A DNA stretch of 63,421 bases, the filler included, from Basidiobolus meristosporus CBS 931.73 (lineage: Eukaryota; Fungi; Basidiobolomycota): NCBI GenBank assembly GCA_002104905.1. It is 3 parts of 3 records of this genome, joined end to end, with 100 filler letters (N's around TTAATTAATTAA, not from the genome) between each part and the next. Parts side by side here need not be neighbours in the genome. Positions count along the whole stretch, not along the records: positions 1 to 31,821 come from MCFE01000836.1; 2 more parts are not named here. The stretch is one strand, 5' to 3'. This document shows, piece after piece, positions 13,354 to 27,638 of this stretch (positions within the stretch are counted from its first letter, which is position 1; every line of letters starts with the position of its first letter). The position numbers and the translations under genes are program-made. The notes below the pieces were generated by a model. It was not told the DNA's origin, did no database searches, and saw nothing but the letters and a program-made list of their open reading frames with translations.

Positions 13354-14775
13354 ATGTCTCGTATCTTTCTCTCGATTCGTTCCCTTTCCAAATTGTCTCC
13401 CTCAAACATGGCTACTCGTCGCTACAGTTCAAGAATTCATGAGGTAGTTGCCAATGAGCTTCAGGCTACTAGAGATGCGGGAACCTTCAAGAGCGAGCGT
13501 ATCATCACCACTCCTCAACGTAGTACAATTCGAGTTCAAGATCCCAACAACAAGAGCAACACCACCCAGCAAATCAACATGTGTGCCAACAACTACCTTG
13601 GACTTTCGGATCACCCCGCAGTTGTTGCCCGTGCCAAGGAATATTTGGACTCCCATGGCGCCGGCCTCTCCTCTGTTCGCTTTATCTGTGGTACCCAAGA
13701 TATTCACAAGAAGCTTGAAAAACAGATCAGCGACTTCTACGGAACCGAGGATACCATTTTGTATGCTTCCTGCTTTGATGCCAACGCCGGTATCTTCGAG
13801 GTTCTTCTGAACGACCAGGATGCCATCATCAGCGATGCCCTTAACCATGCTTCAATTATCGATGGTATTCGTCTGTGCAAAGCCAAAAGATTCAGATACC
13901 AGAACTGTGACATCGCAGGTACGAATTGCTCGATGATCTCGTTCTCAGACGCAACTGGCCTAACCCACTTCAAATAGATTTGGAAAAACAACTTCAGGCG
14001 GCCGACAGCCAAGGCGCCAGAATTAAGATGATTGCAACCGGTAATCCCCCCGTCGCCAATTTCTTCGACACTACGTTTCTGTACTAAACCTTGGCCATTT
14101 TCAGATGGTGTCTTCTCCATGGATGGAAAGATCGCTCCCCTAGACAAGATCTGTGATGTGGCCGAGAAATACAACGCCGTCATCTTTGTGGACGATTGCC
14201 ACGCAACAGGATTCTTGGGCAAAACTGGTCGTGGTACTCCCGAGTACTTCGGTGTTCAGAAACGTGTACACATCGTCAATTCCACATTAGGTAAAGCCTT
14301 GGGAGGAGCTGCTGGTGGCTATACTACTGCTACTGCCGACATCATCTCTTTGCTTCGCAACCGTAGTCGTCCCTACCTGTTCTCCAATTCCCTACCTTCG
14401 CCTGTTGTTGGTGCTGCTTCAGCAGCCATTCAGCTCGTTGACGAGGGCAAGGCTGGGTTGGATCGCCTTTGGGCCAACACCCACTTGTTCCGCAGCAAGC
14501 TCACCGCTGCTGGATTCACTGTTAGAGGTGACAACCATCCCATCAGCCCAGTCATGTTGGGCGATGCTCGTCTTGCTTCTGAATTTGCTGACGAGATGCT
14601 CCAAAAAGGAATCTATGTTGTTGGCTTCTCTTACCCAGTGGTCCCTAAGGGACAAGCTCGTATCCGTGTCCAATTGTCTGCAGCCCACACCACCGAGGAG
14701 GTTGAAAAGGCTGCCAATGCGTTCATCGAAATTGGACGCAAGCGCGGTGTCATCCCAGCTGGAAACAAATTGTAA
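13354..14775 (+). CDS. KBL: 2-amino-3-ketobutyrate CoA ligase (glycine C-acetyltransferase), mitochondrial
   Basis: Exons 13354-13918, 13978-14040 and 14105-14775. Motifs include CANNYLGL, SSVRFICGT, DALNHASIIDG, TDGVFSMDG, VDDCHATG, STLGKALGG (PLP lysine) and RIRVQLSA. The Arg/Ser-rich N-terminus looks like a mitochondrial presequence. Confidence 0.95.
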
Positions 14776-17700
14776 ATTTAATATTGCCTCAATCGACTGT
14801 TTCGTACGAATCGATGAAGAAATAAATGCTTCATTGTATCCGAAATCCAACCTGAGGTAACCGATATCCTCAGTCGTGCAACGAGTGTGGCTTCGCAGCT
14901 AATTCCAGAATACTCCCCAGCCTTCATAAAGTTCCTGCGGTCTGTATGGACGGATTAGCGGGCTTATCTGTTAGCAATACACGTATGTAGCAGAGATCGC
15001 CAGCATGGGCATTGCAGTATCCACTGGGACTTTTAATGAATAGGTTTCGAGCTGGTTGATTGTAGTGATATCGGAAATTATCCTTGTTGGAAATCTTGCC
15101 AATAATGCTAATAATCGAAAGCCATCAACGGCTAGGGCGTGCCAGCTAATCGGGGTTTTTGTATCTTAAGCAGGCCGATTGGGTTCTTGTGGTGCACCCT
15201 TGAAGTATAAGACATGGGTGTGACAAATTGCTACAGCTACACTGAGTTCTTCTGGTGGCCCATGATGATTTGTACAAATGTCGGAAAGATCTAGGCATAT
15301 TTGAAGGCTCTTAATTAATGGAGCATTCAAAGGCAAGAGAATGATCAATTAATTTGAACATCAATAGAGGGGTGACCAATAACTGCAAGCCAATGGTGAT
15401 GCTCACATCCATTGCATTCGACATAGTAGCCAGCCTCATACTAATGGCTAGCCAAGAGTGCTTAGCTTTTAACCGGAAAATGAGTCATTTGACGTATCTC
15501 GTATTGAACTATCTATCCATTTCCAAGCAAATTCACACAAGGAATTCACGCGGTGATATAGGAGTTGATATTGGGCTTCCGCCGCGGCGTCTGAGAAATC
15601 GAATCCAGTAATTTCAGACACATTTCACCTCTAGTGCTGCAAGTCTGCCCTGCATTAAATACACTGGCTGCAAAGCTCAGACTTGCCCTGATGGACTGCG
15701 GAGATGTAGATGATGAGACATTGATGCTCGAGACTAGGTCAACCATGCTTGTGCACCATATCGCCAGCTCTATCGGTGGATTCACTCAGACTCGCTGCAC
15801 AGCCGATGCAGCCTAGACGGAATGTCGAGATTCGAAGGGGTTACAACGTTGATTTTCAATGTTTTCCATCGGATTCGGATACTCCAAGAATACTGGTCTG
15901 AAGGCACATCTTGCATTTCCATTCATGTGCAAGAGCCATTCCTCACCACAAACTAGTTTCGATTGGTGACTGACTGAGGCATGTTCTACTCACTTTACAT
16001 ATGATACTCGAGTTGTTAGCTAACCAACCACTTTTAGTTAGGTAGACAGCCCAACAACTTGACTCTGTGAGACACAAAGTAGCCTCTCCAACAGGGTTGC
16101 CCGTGTTCAAGCCCCAGCTTATTGGATGTGATAATCGAGATTTCAAGCTTCAGGCAGTCCCAAAGTACTCACAAGGATCTACAGTCAATGAGATCAGTCC
16201 ATTTCATTAACGGTCTCAGTGGATGCATAGCAGTGCCGAGCGTCATGTGGACAGGCTTCAAAAACCGGTAACCCGTTAAACCCAAAGTAATACATAGAGG
16301 GGTGACTTCAGCAGGCCGATAAATTCGCAATTAGCCCAGAGGTCGATGCCCAGTTTCGCATTCTTAAACGGCATTGTGGCACGTTCATTGGCGTGATATC
16401 CCTGATTGTATCTTTAGCGCTTGGCAAACAGCGGCTAATCAACCAGATGGGTCGCACTCGTCCAAAATCACTGATAGCTGCTATGGAAATGATTTTCCTA
16501 ACCGGACACACCAGCCATTCCTGTCGCTAGCATATCTGACGGGCTTCAACCTGTATGGATGGAGGAACACCTTTATCAAAGGGCGCCTCATGATCTGTCA
16601 TTGCTGTGGGCCCACAGTGAACGACCCATTCGCCACAGCCTTGGGGGTGGGGTAACATGTAGCATGGTGATACAGAGCAGGGTTGATTGATAGGCATAAA
16701 TTGGATGTCTTGCTCGAGATCTCATATCAGGCCCCGTGGCCATGATGGTCCATCAGGGCCTCTGATATAGTCCTTGGCCACCGTGATCTGCTGCCAGGTA
16801 AGAAAAATTCTACTCACTCGTGCATCAAGGTGAGCAGTTGGGTAAGTATCATCTGGATCGGTATGACTGGATGGATTGGGATTGGAGTCCTAATGAGTAG
16901 TCGGTAGAATTCACCTATGATTAGTTGGTAACTTTACCGAGCGGTCGCTGACCATTCACAGCCAGTGTCGCCGTCCAGCGAGTTCGTAGCAATCAGCAAT
17001 GCTGCTTTTCCTGATCCGTTTCTCGTCGTGATTGGAGACCATTCAATCTCTCATGGTGTGATGTGGAGACCGACATCGCTTGGAGTGGGAACAGTGCGAA
17101 GCTGTAATCTGATACACACTCGTGCATCGTCTGCTCAAACTTTAATCCTCTTCGTTGGTCTGAATGGGCGACGGGGACTTCCAAGCCCTAACGAACACGT
17201 GCTGATTGGCCAGATGCCGAAGATAGTGAGCTAATATCTTTTGGCTACTTGTCTTACTTTATATTAGTCTCACATAGCTACACTTCAATTTGTCACTGGA
17301 TCGCAAGATAGAAAATATCGAAATAGCGATCAGAGGCTTGGGGACATTTTCACACAAATGAGATACAGCTCTGACGCACAGAAAGATCTAAACTCCGAGA
17401 GAGAGAGAGAGGGAGAAACCGCACCACTTACAGGTGAAAGGGTCTCTAGAATCTGGAATTTAATTAACCTGATCACTATTGATTGAATCATGGACATTCA
17501 GTTGCCCTCCAGCAATATATAAGCTCGAATTATCCGCATGGTTGATGTCAGTCATGCATTGCTGAGAACAGCTGCTCACACACTCTCGTAGCTAAGCTTA
17601 GAATTATCTATTGCCCTTGGTAGCCTACTTGTTCTGCTCCACCATCCCTCAAGCTATATCAGAGATACCCTTCGTCAAAAGTAGCATACTCTCATATTAC

Positions 17701-17827
17701 TCTTGGTGGGTACTATCAGTGTCGTCCTCTCGCTCGCTGCCTTCATCGCCGATCTACCCATATAACCTGCTGATTGATTACACATCGAGGTACAGTACTA
17801 CAGTTGGACATCGCCAGCCTTGATATC

Positions 17828-18929
17828 ATGGAAAAGGAAGCTTTTGGCTATTTCGAATCGGCCTACAGTGCCACTTACGCTGCATCTACCCTGGGTAGCG
17901 AACACGCAGGATTCCTCTCCACCGATCAAGGGTTGGATGATTCCTTTGTATCAATGCTAGATCCATTTCAGTGTCCGGATTTCTGCAGAAACATGCAGGC
18001 GTTGTCTGGAATAGGTATTATCATAACTCACTTCTTTGGAACAATCACCACAAGTGCTCACCTTCATCTATATAGAGCAAACGCCTCGGTTATTGTCAGA
18101 CCATCTAAACCATGAGGGGTGGTCTCAATCACTAATTGGCTTCGGTATGATGGGTGGCAATGAGTTGAATTTTGAATGCTTGCCTGAAAGCACAGTTAGA
18201 TATGAGGCACTCGTCGGTGCGGACTCCTCTTCTGAGTCCAACCTTTCTTCTCCCATGAGTGATAGCTTCGATATTGATAATATGAGGGATGATTCTAGGG
18301 CACCACTAGAACGCTGCTACCACAGCGTCTGTCAGCCTTTGAGTATGGGTCGTGTTGATCACCGGGTCTTTATTTCAGGAGACCCGGCTCTTGGGGAGTT
18401 TATACATCCACACAGGGGCAAACATCTTCCTCCGAGTTTGGACTTGTCTTCGGACCGCAAACAATTCTTGTTGTGCTCTTCCATGACCTCAAATACCGCC
18501 AACTCTACGATTCCGGAAAAAGACGTTGTGTGTAGTGCCAGCAGTACCCCGCCGCTGACTCCATCAGCCATAGCGAACACTTCCTCCTTCTTCCGTCTGG
18601 CAAAGCCGAATCGGTCTGCTCGTCGTCAATCACGTTTAATGGAGGCAGAGAGGTTGGATCACAAGCCAGAGCCCAGGAAGGCTTCGGAAAAGAGAAAGAA
18701 AGAAGGAGTGGAGATCAGCAATGAAAACTCCGAAATCAATATCTGCACGTATTGCCAACGACCATTTAAGCGCAAGCATGATCTACAACGACATGTGAGA
18801 TTACATACCGGAGAAAAGCCCTTCCGCTGCAATCAGTGCTCTCTGTCATTCTCACGGACTGACACACTACGAAGGCATCTACGCCAGTCGCACAGTTACT
18901 TCGAGCATCCAATGCTCTTCAATATATAA
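17828..18929 (+). CDS. C2H2 zinc-finger transcription factor (two C-terminal fingers)
   Basis: Exon 17828-18014, intron 18015-18075, exon 18076-18929. Fingers read CTYCQRPFKRKHDLQRHVRLH-TGEKPF-RCNQCSLSFSRTDTLRRHLRQSH. Confidence 0.9.
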
Positions 18930-20157
18930 AGGGAGGGGCTGTTGTTTGGTAACTGCCCTTTGAATGGCGAAATACAGCTGGTTTGTAGGCCGATATTGAT
19001 CTTTTCTTCCTTCGTAAATTGTAAAAACCATTCGCATCTTTCGACAGCCGTTTTGTCTGGAGTTGAGTTATGTAATATTAAGCTGTATTCAATACCGTAA
19101 GAGCTGGCTATCCCCCCACTTCCATCCCTGTTCTATCTAGTTGTGTTAAAATACCATTGAAGCTCATATATGTTTTATCATACTCTTGGAACCACCATGC
19201 GGGCTCAGGTCTTGGGCCCAATCTGGAATTTAGAAGAGATTTTCGTATTGCATCTGTTGATTATGGGTTGAAAATAAAGTCCTTATGCCGAATATACGAC
19301 CGGGAAGTACAAGGGTTGGGGTTAAGTGTTGGCTGGGCCCTGCTAATACTTCAACGGGCAGTTGTTGAGACTGGCCATCCTTTCCGACAATCTACGGCGG
19401 CCACTAGGTGTAACTTATTCCTGATCAATGCACAGAGTGGATTACAGACACTTGGGCATGCTATCATGCATGAGGATAGATAGCTAATGCTTCATTAACA
19501 CTGATGTCCGAACCTCTACCCGCAAGATAGATCATTGGGCATGCAACCAACTATAGACTTACTGATGTGGTGCTCTATGTGTGCTATAGGCGTATGTTTC
19601 TAGCTGTTAGAGTATCGGGCAACCAGGAAAATCATTTGCCAACTGATTTGTGCAACTCATATCCTGTTGGAACGAACCCTGTGAGTCAGCAAATTGACCA
19701 TTAGATATTCACGTGAATGTTCCCAAACTCGGCTGCTGTATGTCAGATACATTCGTGTGAGTTTGGGGTTTTGTATTAGATACCATAAAGGTACATCAGC
19801 GGAGGTATTTACCCGGATTCATCAATCGAGCCTGATTAACTATTTGTAGCACTGGCCCACGAAAGGATATTTTTGACTCACAGAAAGGTAGACTGGAGAG
19901 AGTAATGCCAGACATTTCTTAAGGCGCTAATTAAATTAAGAATCTGTCTGCGATCTGCATAGCCGTGGTCTTCGGGCATGGATGAGCTTGCTGCTTGTAA
20001 GGAACAAGATGTTGCTGACAAGGCATATGAGAAGCAAATACACATCACTCAATCAGAGGGCTCCATAGATTGAATGCTCAAATTTATATAGCTTCTATTA
20101 AGTGGTATGATTGCAGGACTATACGTGATAAAGGGAAATACATGTGCCAACAGAATG

Positions 20158-22500
20158 TTATGGGTATCGGCTCCCGATCTCGCTATACATGCATTCGATT
20201 TCGGATTCGTATTTTTGTCGGACCTCGTTCCGCTTCAGCTTGAAAGTGGGCGTGAGAAGATTGTTTTCGACGGTAAACGGCTGGGTAGAAATACGCAAGT
20301 TGCGAATATTTTCGAACCCCTTCAGGCCTTGCTGGGCGCCGTAGTCACGAAGCTGCTTCAAATAGTGAGCCTGGATCTCCTTGGACTGGCATAACTGCTC
20401 TACAGGAACATTCTCCAACTGCTTCTCTCGCGCTATCTCTTGGATCAACTCCGGATTGGGGATAATAATGGCCACCAAGTATGCCTGTAATGAGTTGCCG
20501 TACACGAACGACTGGGCAACCAGTTCGTGTTTGCAGTAGATATTTTCGATTCTTTCCGGCGAAATGTATTCCCCTTGCGCTAGCTTGTAGATGTTTTTCA
20601 CTCTGTCAATGATAACTAATCGACCTCGTTCATCCCACATCCCAACATCTCCAGTGCGACACCAGCCTTCGTGATCTATCACCTCTGCTGTTTTTTCGGG
20701 GCATTTGAAGTACTCTCGGAAAGCAAGACTTCCACGAGCCCACACTTCCCCCCGTGGAAAAGGTTCATCCAGGCTTGAATATCCCATACTTGGAATATCT
20801 ACCAATTTGATTTCACACCCAGGTAATGGTGGTCCGGTGCTCCCCGTTTGAAGATCACCTCTAGTGGTCACAGTGATAGCTCCTGCTGCTTCGGTCTGTC
20901 CATATGCTTCGTAGACGTCGCAGGAAAAACATATACGCAGAAAGTCAAGCACTTCCGGGAGAATCGGTGCAGCGGCAGTCAGAATGGTTTCGACTCGCCC
21001 GCCAAGTTTACTCCGAACTTTCCCAAACACTAACCAATCCCAAATTCGATGGGTTGTTATGCCATTCCTGAGATTGGCTTCTTTAGCAGCGTAGGCTTTT
21101 TCGAATAGATACTGAGTTATTCCCCCTTGTTGCTTCACCTCCTGCATCACCGTGTCGTAAATACGGTTGAACAGCCGAGGGACACTGATGAATAGTGTTG
21201 GCTGGAGCTCTTGCGCGTCGTCAAAGAGTTTTGTGGGATTCCCTTGGTAGAATCCTATTCTGCCACCATGGTACATCACATAATTCTGGATGACCCGTTC
21301 GAAAACATGGGCAAGTGGAAGGTATGATAGGTGAACCGTGCTGCTATCTAGCTTGAAGAGCAAGTCCAACTTTGCCATCTGGATGAACGACTCATACTCA
21401 GTTAGGAGTGTACGATGGGTCAGTACCACTCCCTTGGGGGCCCCGGTGGTCCCGCTGGTGTAAGAAATGGTAAACGTATCATCCAGTTCAGGAGGGGAGC
21501 CCTCTACAGGCTCTTTCCTTCCCAAATCCTCCACTTCTGCTAGCGAAAAGATGCTTACGGATGCTGCTGAAGCAAGCAGAGTCAGTTTCTCGTCAATACA
21601 ATCCATGATCACTATCTTCTCCAGCGTAGGAAGTTTATGCCTCATCGAGAGCAATGTTTCGGCTTTGTCTTTGGTAGCCAATACGATCTTCATCTCCGTT
21701 TGATTGATGATAAATTCAATTGCTGCCGAGCCTAAGGTATCGTAGAGTGGCACCGAGATGTAGTTATGGAAATATGTGGCCTTCTCAGCCAGTACCCACT
21801 CGACTCTATTGATAGCAAATAGGCCCAATGGCTCACGCGCTCTTAACCCGAGATGATGTAGCCCTGACGCAAGATTGTGCATCCTAACAAACACCTCCTG
21901 ATAGGTATACCACACATAAGGGCCTGCAACACCGTTGGACAGCTTCCGATGTCCAAGACATGGGCTATCACGGGAGATATCGAGGCCTCTCATGAACACA
22001 TCATGCAATGAGTTGATACCAGGAGGGGTGGCGATCAATGTGCCATTCCCGACTAGGAAGTGTCGCCGAGGCTAGCGCTATGTTAGATGAGATATACATG
22101 GCTGAGTTATGCAGCAGGTACACTACCTTCCCTTCACCCGATACCACAGGTGCATTTGGACTTTCGATTGACAAGAGCTCAGGCAGCATCAGGGCGAGAA
22201 TGGAGACCTCAAAATGAATCAAGGTGTCTTTTATAGATCCAAGGTTGTCCGAGGGGAGGCCTGCAGTTGTATGCTTCTCATACAAATTACCGTCTGCCAA
22301 ATTTCATTCAACTGGTCCGGAAGAGCATAAAATCATCCCAAAACCGCCTGCCCAATCAAGGGCCCGCCGCAATTGTTTACTTGGGCATCTGCCGGAATAA
22401 AACTAGAAGATATACCAATCCGATACCGGTGATCCCTAAAATGAGGGTGATGGAAGAACCGCCTTGATGCTGGTCGGAAAGAATACGCTCTGCTTGCGCA
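20158..22500 (-). CDS. Long-chain fatty acyl-CoA synthetase (ACSL/LACS type); 5' end approximate
   Basis: Motifs: AMP-binding ISYTSGTTGAPKG, SYLPLAHVFER, YGQTE, GWCRTGDVG, IIDRVKNIYKLAQGEYISPE and LLTPTFKLKR. Intron 22126-22072 restores GEGK|PRRHFL. An upstream exon encodes the TM segment ITLILGITGIGLVYLLVLF. Confidence 0.92.
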
Positions 22501-24698
22501 TCCTTCAGTTTCCCTCGTGTCGAGCATGCCCAGTTCCCTCAGCCGACCAAGGCGATGTAGAGGTGTGGGCAGTCTGTGGCGACCGCGCGACTCTGAGTTA
22601 ACTTCACCAGTTGACCGACCAGGCTCCCTTGGTCATTGGCTGAGGTTGGGGAAGCAAATCCTTATTATCTTTAGTCTAGCCTCTAGGATGCCAAAGCATC
22701 CCGCTAAGTAAAATCCAGACGGCAGATTTGGAAAAGGGTGATCGATTAGTTTGGTTTAGCATCTACATGAATCATTTGTATCTTATCTAGCATCACCAAA
22801 GGTGTTTGGAATCGAGTCATCGGGTCATTGATTTTACATATATTTTGGATATCCGGGATGTGGTACATGCCCCCCACTAGCAGCACACCAACCATTTTCA
22901 CCTGTTGCTAAGCCACATCGGGGTTTCCTATACAAGGGAGATTCCCAGGTGAATTGGAATTACTCAACTGCAATAGAGAAGCCGCTTGTTACAAGAGGAC
23001 TGCCCAGACTAGCAGGGCTATATACTGTGACCCTGACAATTTAACCGGCGAGCAAGCCTTGGGTCGAGTCTGTCCCATCATGTTAAGAAGCTCCTGCATT
23101 ATTCTCACTGGACAATGGCGGGTTAGTCCGTTAAATTCTGCTAAGCTACAGTGCAATTCGGTGATTTATAAGCAATCCTTCCTAAAGTATAGACCTTACC
23201 AAAGCAATCATTCTACCGTTTTTGGCCTGAATTAAAGGTCTCTGCCATGCAACTATTGTGCTAGGCCCAATTGTGATCTTAGATAATCCATTACACTAAG
23301 ATGTTTACCTATCCTAGTCACATGAATCATTGTCTACAAAACTTAAGGAATTATGCCCAAGTTACTTGCTGGGACTTACTTGAAATATACTCACCTATAT
23401 GCCAGGTCTCTCCCTCCTATGCTGTGATATGTTTATCTGTGGGATCTATCTTTGGGCACTGTTGTTATGCTTTGAAGACTGCACAGTGTCTCACTGCTGT
23501 TACATTGGGTATGGCTCAATTCTGGTCTGTGATAATGAACTATTTGAATTCCTTCTTTGTAGCAAAGATACTGTGTTCTCTAACTGGGATAGTTGTTGCT
23601 CTACATGTTTTATCCACTCATTTGATCTTGGACTTTTTCCTCATTTCTCTGGGTCATTACTACTATCCTATTAGCCACTGCACCTATTTGCCTCATCAAT
23701 GCTTAGGTATGAGATGACAACATACTTGCAAATGCTGGTAGTGGTGATGTTTTGACACTCATGTGCTCTTCTTCAGCTATTGATACTACATTTTCTACAT
23801 TCCTACCAGGCTAGGCATTATGGTCAGCTTATGGTTCCACAAAGATTCTCAGTTGCCTAATTGACTGAGATCCTGGGGAATCTGCATTATCACTTTTAGT
23901 AGGCACACTGTGAAAATGGCCTTTCTTGGATGTGACCCTGCTTGTTGAGCTGAGGGTCAAAGCAAGCTGCTGTCAGACTGTTCTTTGGCTGCTGTCTGCA
24001 TTGGGTTTGGTTGGGAGCTAGATGCCTTGGCATTGTTATTTGACAGCAAATTTATGGAAGTAAGTCCTACTAAAGAGGATGCAGTGTAATATATACTAGT
24101 ATATGGGGTGCCATAGCTTTATTTATAATGCTTACTATTAGGGTCTATTGTTTAATTTGATATTCATGTGGGTGCAGTGTTGTATATAGGAGACTGTCTT
24201 AAACACAAATGTATATTGGCAAAAAAGAGATATAATTGCATTCCATTGTTGAGCATCAAGCTGTTTGCCACATGGCCAAGATTAATATGTTTCAATGCAG
24301 TACAAGAAGAGAAAATAAAGCCATGTGGCTACTGCAACAGGCCTCTCATACATGAAGCACACAAACAGCATAGGAAGTATTACCAAGGCAACGCCTAGTT
24401 TTTTGCCACACAAGTCATATTAGAGCATTCATCAGTTACCACAGTATATTGGGGCAAAAGTGCCACCCACTGACAGATGTACTCATTCCCATATTTTCTA
24501 CTTCTCAATTTTTCTACCACCCATATTTCAGTTTATCCTACTTGGCTCAATTAATCATCACTATGCCATAAGCTGGCTGACTATCACATCAGCATACATT
24601 ATTGCAAAAGTTATTCCTCACTCTGCACATAATAACTAGATGTAAGTGCTCTATATCAGGCAAGTACCTGCACCAGTGCCTGCAACACATGACCAAAT

Positions 24699-26367
24699 TG
24701 TTGTAACCAATAGGTAATTCCACCTAAATATTCACCTAACTTGGTCACTTAGATCATTACCTTCAAGTCCTAGAGAATACTGACCAAATTCCTTGTTGGG
24801 ATTTACCTAGAATATTTTCACCAAAATACTAGGTACTCAGAACATGAAAATTCTCAAAGTTGTCCAAGCAGCCCCAAAATTTGCACACATGCTCTTGGGA
24901 CCTTCCTCAGCCTATTCTACATGTTTGTAATGCCAGGACCATGTAAAAGTTTCAACTACTTTTACGTTCAATAAATCATAAGTGAAAACCACATAATCTA
25001 CTTGTCCTCCCAATTACTACCAATATCTTGGAGACTCTTACAACAGGTTAGGAGCCCCAAGCTGTCACTCTCTGCAATGTCTACTACTGTTGTTACTAGG
25101 ACTTTTCCCTCTGCTGAAAAGTTGGATGGATCTAACTACCAAGTGTGGAAGGTGAAGATGAAGTTGCCGCTACAAGAAAGAGGCCTTTGGGATATTGTCA
25201 TGGTAAAAGAATACCCCCCAAAAAATGTGGGAGAGGAAGCCTTAAAGTACCAGAAGAAAGAACAAAGTGCCTTTAACTGCATTTGCCTTAATGTTAAGAA
25301 CAAATTGCTAATTCAATACTCAAGAGCAAAACTGGCAAAGAATGCTTCAAAGGCATTAGAAGACACCAACCAGTCATGTTCAGCTGCTAAGAAAATATAT
25401 TTGAGATGGAAATTCTTTACTACAAAGATGTGTCCAGGAGAAGAAGTGAAAAATCTAATAACAGAATACCCTGCTGGTGGATGAGATGGAATCTGTGGGT
25501 GTACCAACTACTGATGAGGATGTGATAGTTACCATCTTGAATAGCCTGAATGACAAGTTCCAGGGCCTTGTATCAGCCCTAGAGTCCAGAACTGAAGATT
25601 TGACCTTAAGTTATTTATATGGAAGGCTCCTGGATGAAGAATTAAGAAAATCAAGCGCCAAAAGAAGGAAGAAGAAAATGCTTAATAAGCAGTGACAACC
25701 AACAAAGGAGATACCCAAGACCTTTTAAAGGCAATGGCAACATGCTTTGTAACTACTGCAAAAGGAAAGGCCACACATCAGACTGCTTCAAAAAGAGAGA
25801 TAATCAGCAGAAAAAGCCTGAATATGGAAGTGCTGCAACAACTGATGATAGACTATTCATATCTGCACCAAATATGACCACAAACAAGGATTCTCAGATG
25901 TGGTATATTGACTCTGGAGCATATCAACACTTTACACACCAAAAAGCACTCTTTACACAGCAGAAGGACTTAATTTCAGCTTTAACATTTCTGGATGCAG
26001 AATCACTGATCAAAACGGCGCCCATATTGCTTTGGGTATCAGAGATCAGAGTCTATACAAGTTGACTTATATTCCATCATATCTGGAAGCCAATATAAGT
26101 AACTTAAATGAAGAAACACCAATGCTTTGACACAGGAGATTTGAGCACATCAATTTTAATTTTTTGCGCAAAATGATCAAAGATCAGCTAATTTCTGAAG
26201 TAAAAACTAATCCCCCAGCTAATTTGGAGCACTGTGAAGCCTGCATATTTGGGAAACAAGACAGACAATTGTTCAAGAGCTCTGGGCTAATCAAAACTAA
26301 AAAAAAATTAGATTTAATTCACTCATATCTGTATGGACCTATGCAAAACTTATCCTAAGGTGGAATG
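24699..26367 (+). mobile_element. Truncated Ty1/copia element: 5' LTR (24699-25045), PBS, degenerate gag and GAG-pre-integrase
   Basis: LTR with TGTTGTAA..TTACAACA ends. Gag motifs KLDGSNYQVWK and WYIDSGA are present, with frameshifts. Interrupted at 26368 by an opposite-strand LTR. Confidence 0.88.
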
Positions 26368-27638
26368 TGTTGTAAGAGTCTTGGAGATATTGGAAGTGAT
26401 TGGGAGAACAAGTAGATTATGTGGTTTTCACTTAATGATTCATTGAATGTAAAAGTAGTATTTATACTTTTACCTGTTCTTGGCATTACAAACTCGTAGA
26501 ATAGGTTAAGAAAGGTCCCAAGAGCATGTGTGCAAAGTTTGGGGCTGTTTGGGCAGCTTTGAGAATTCTCATGTTCTGGGTAAATATTCTAGGTAAATCC
26601 CAACTAGGAATTTGGCCAGTATTCTTTAGGATTTGAAGGTAATGATCTAAGTGACTAAGTTAGGTGAGTATTTAGGTGGAATTACAAATTTTTCACAGCA
26701 CTCCCACTCAGCTAAATATTCACACTGTCTAGTCCTAATTTTGACCTAAGATATTCAAACTTGTCTTTAGCTAATGATTTGGCAAATATGTCTGCAATCA
26801 TTTCATCTATAGGACAGTAAACTAAGCTAACTAAGTTATTCTCTATAGCTTCAAGTATGAACTGATGTTTAATATCTATGTGCTTGGTTCTAGCATGAAA
26901 AGTTGGACTTCTACCTAATTGTGTACATCCTTGGTTATCTTGATATTATTGTAAGAGTCTTGGAGATATTGGAAGTGATTTGGAGAACAAGTAGATTATG
27001 TGGTTTTCACTTAATGATTCATTGAATGTAAAAGTAGTATTTATACTTTTACCTGTTCTTGGCATTACAAACTTGTAGAATAGGTTAAGAAAGGTCCCAA
27101 GAGCATGTGTGCAAAGTTTGGGGCTGTTTGGACAGCTTTGAGAATTCTCATGTTCTGGGTAAATATTCTAGGTAAATCCCAACTAGGAATTTGGCCAGTA
27201 TTCTTTAGGATTTGAAGGTAATGATCTAAGTGACTAAGTTAGGTGAGTATTTAGGTGGAATTACAAATTTTTCACAGCACTCCCACTCAGCTAAATATTC
27301 ATACTGTCTAGTCCTAATTTTGACCTAAGATATTCAAACTTGTCTTTAGCTAATGATTTGGCAAATATGTCTGCAATCATTTCATCTATAGGACAGTAAA
27401 CTAAGCTAACTAAGTTATTCTCTATAGCTTCAAGTATGAATTGATGTTTAATAGACTTGTTCTGTTGGATAGTGCCACATAGTGCCAGCCGGTTTATAGT
27501 GCCGGATCAATCTGGCACTCTACGGCACTATCTGGCACTATAATTTCTACCATGATGCCAGTGGTATGATACAGTTACTGGTAATTTTACTCAATCTTAC
27601 TTATGTTGCTCAGAATAGTGCTTTCCTTGCTTTATTTA

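Noticed and set aside
15000-17200. Coding-like GC-balanced region with short ORFs
   Set aside because: No recognisable motif or consistent exon chain.
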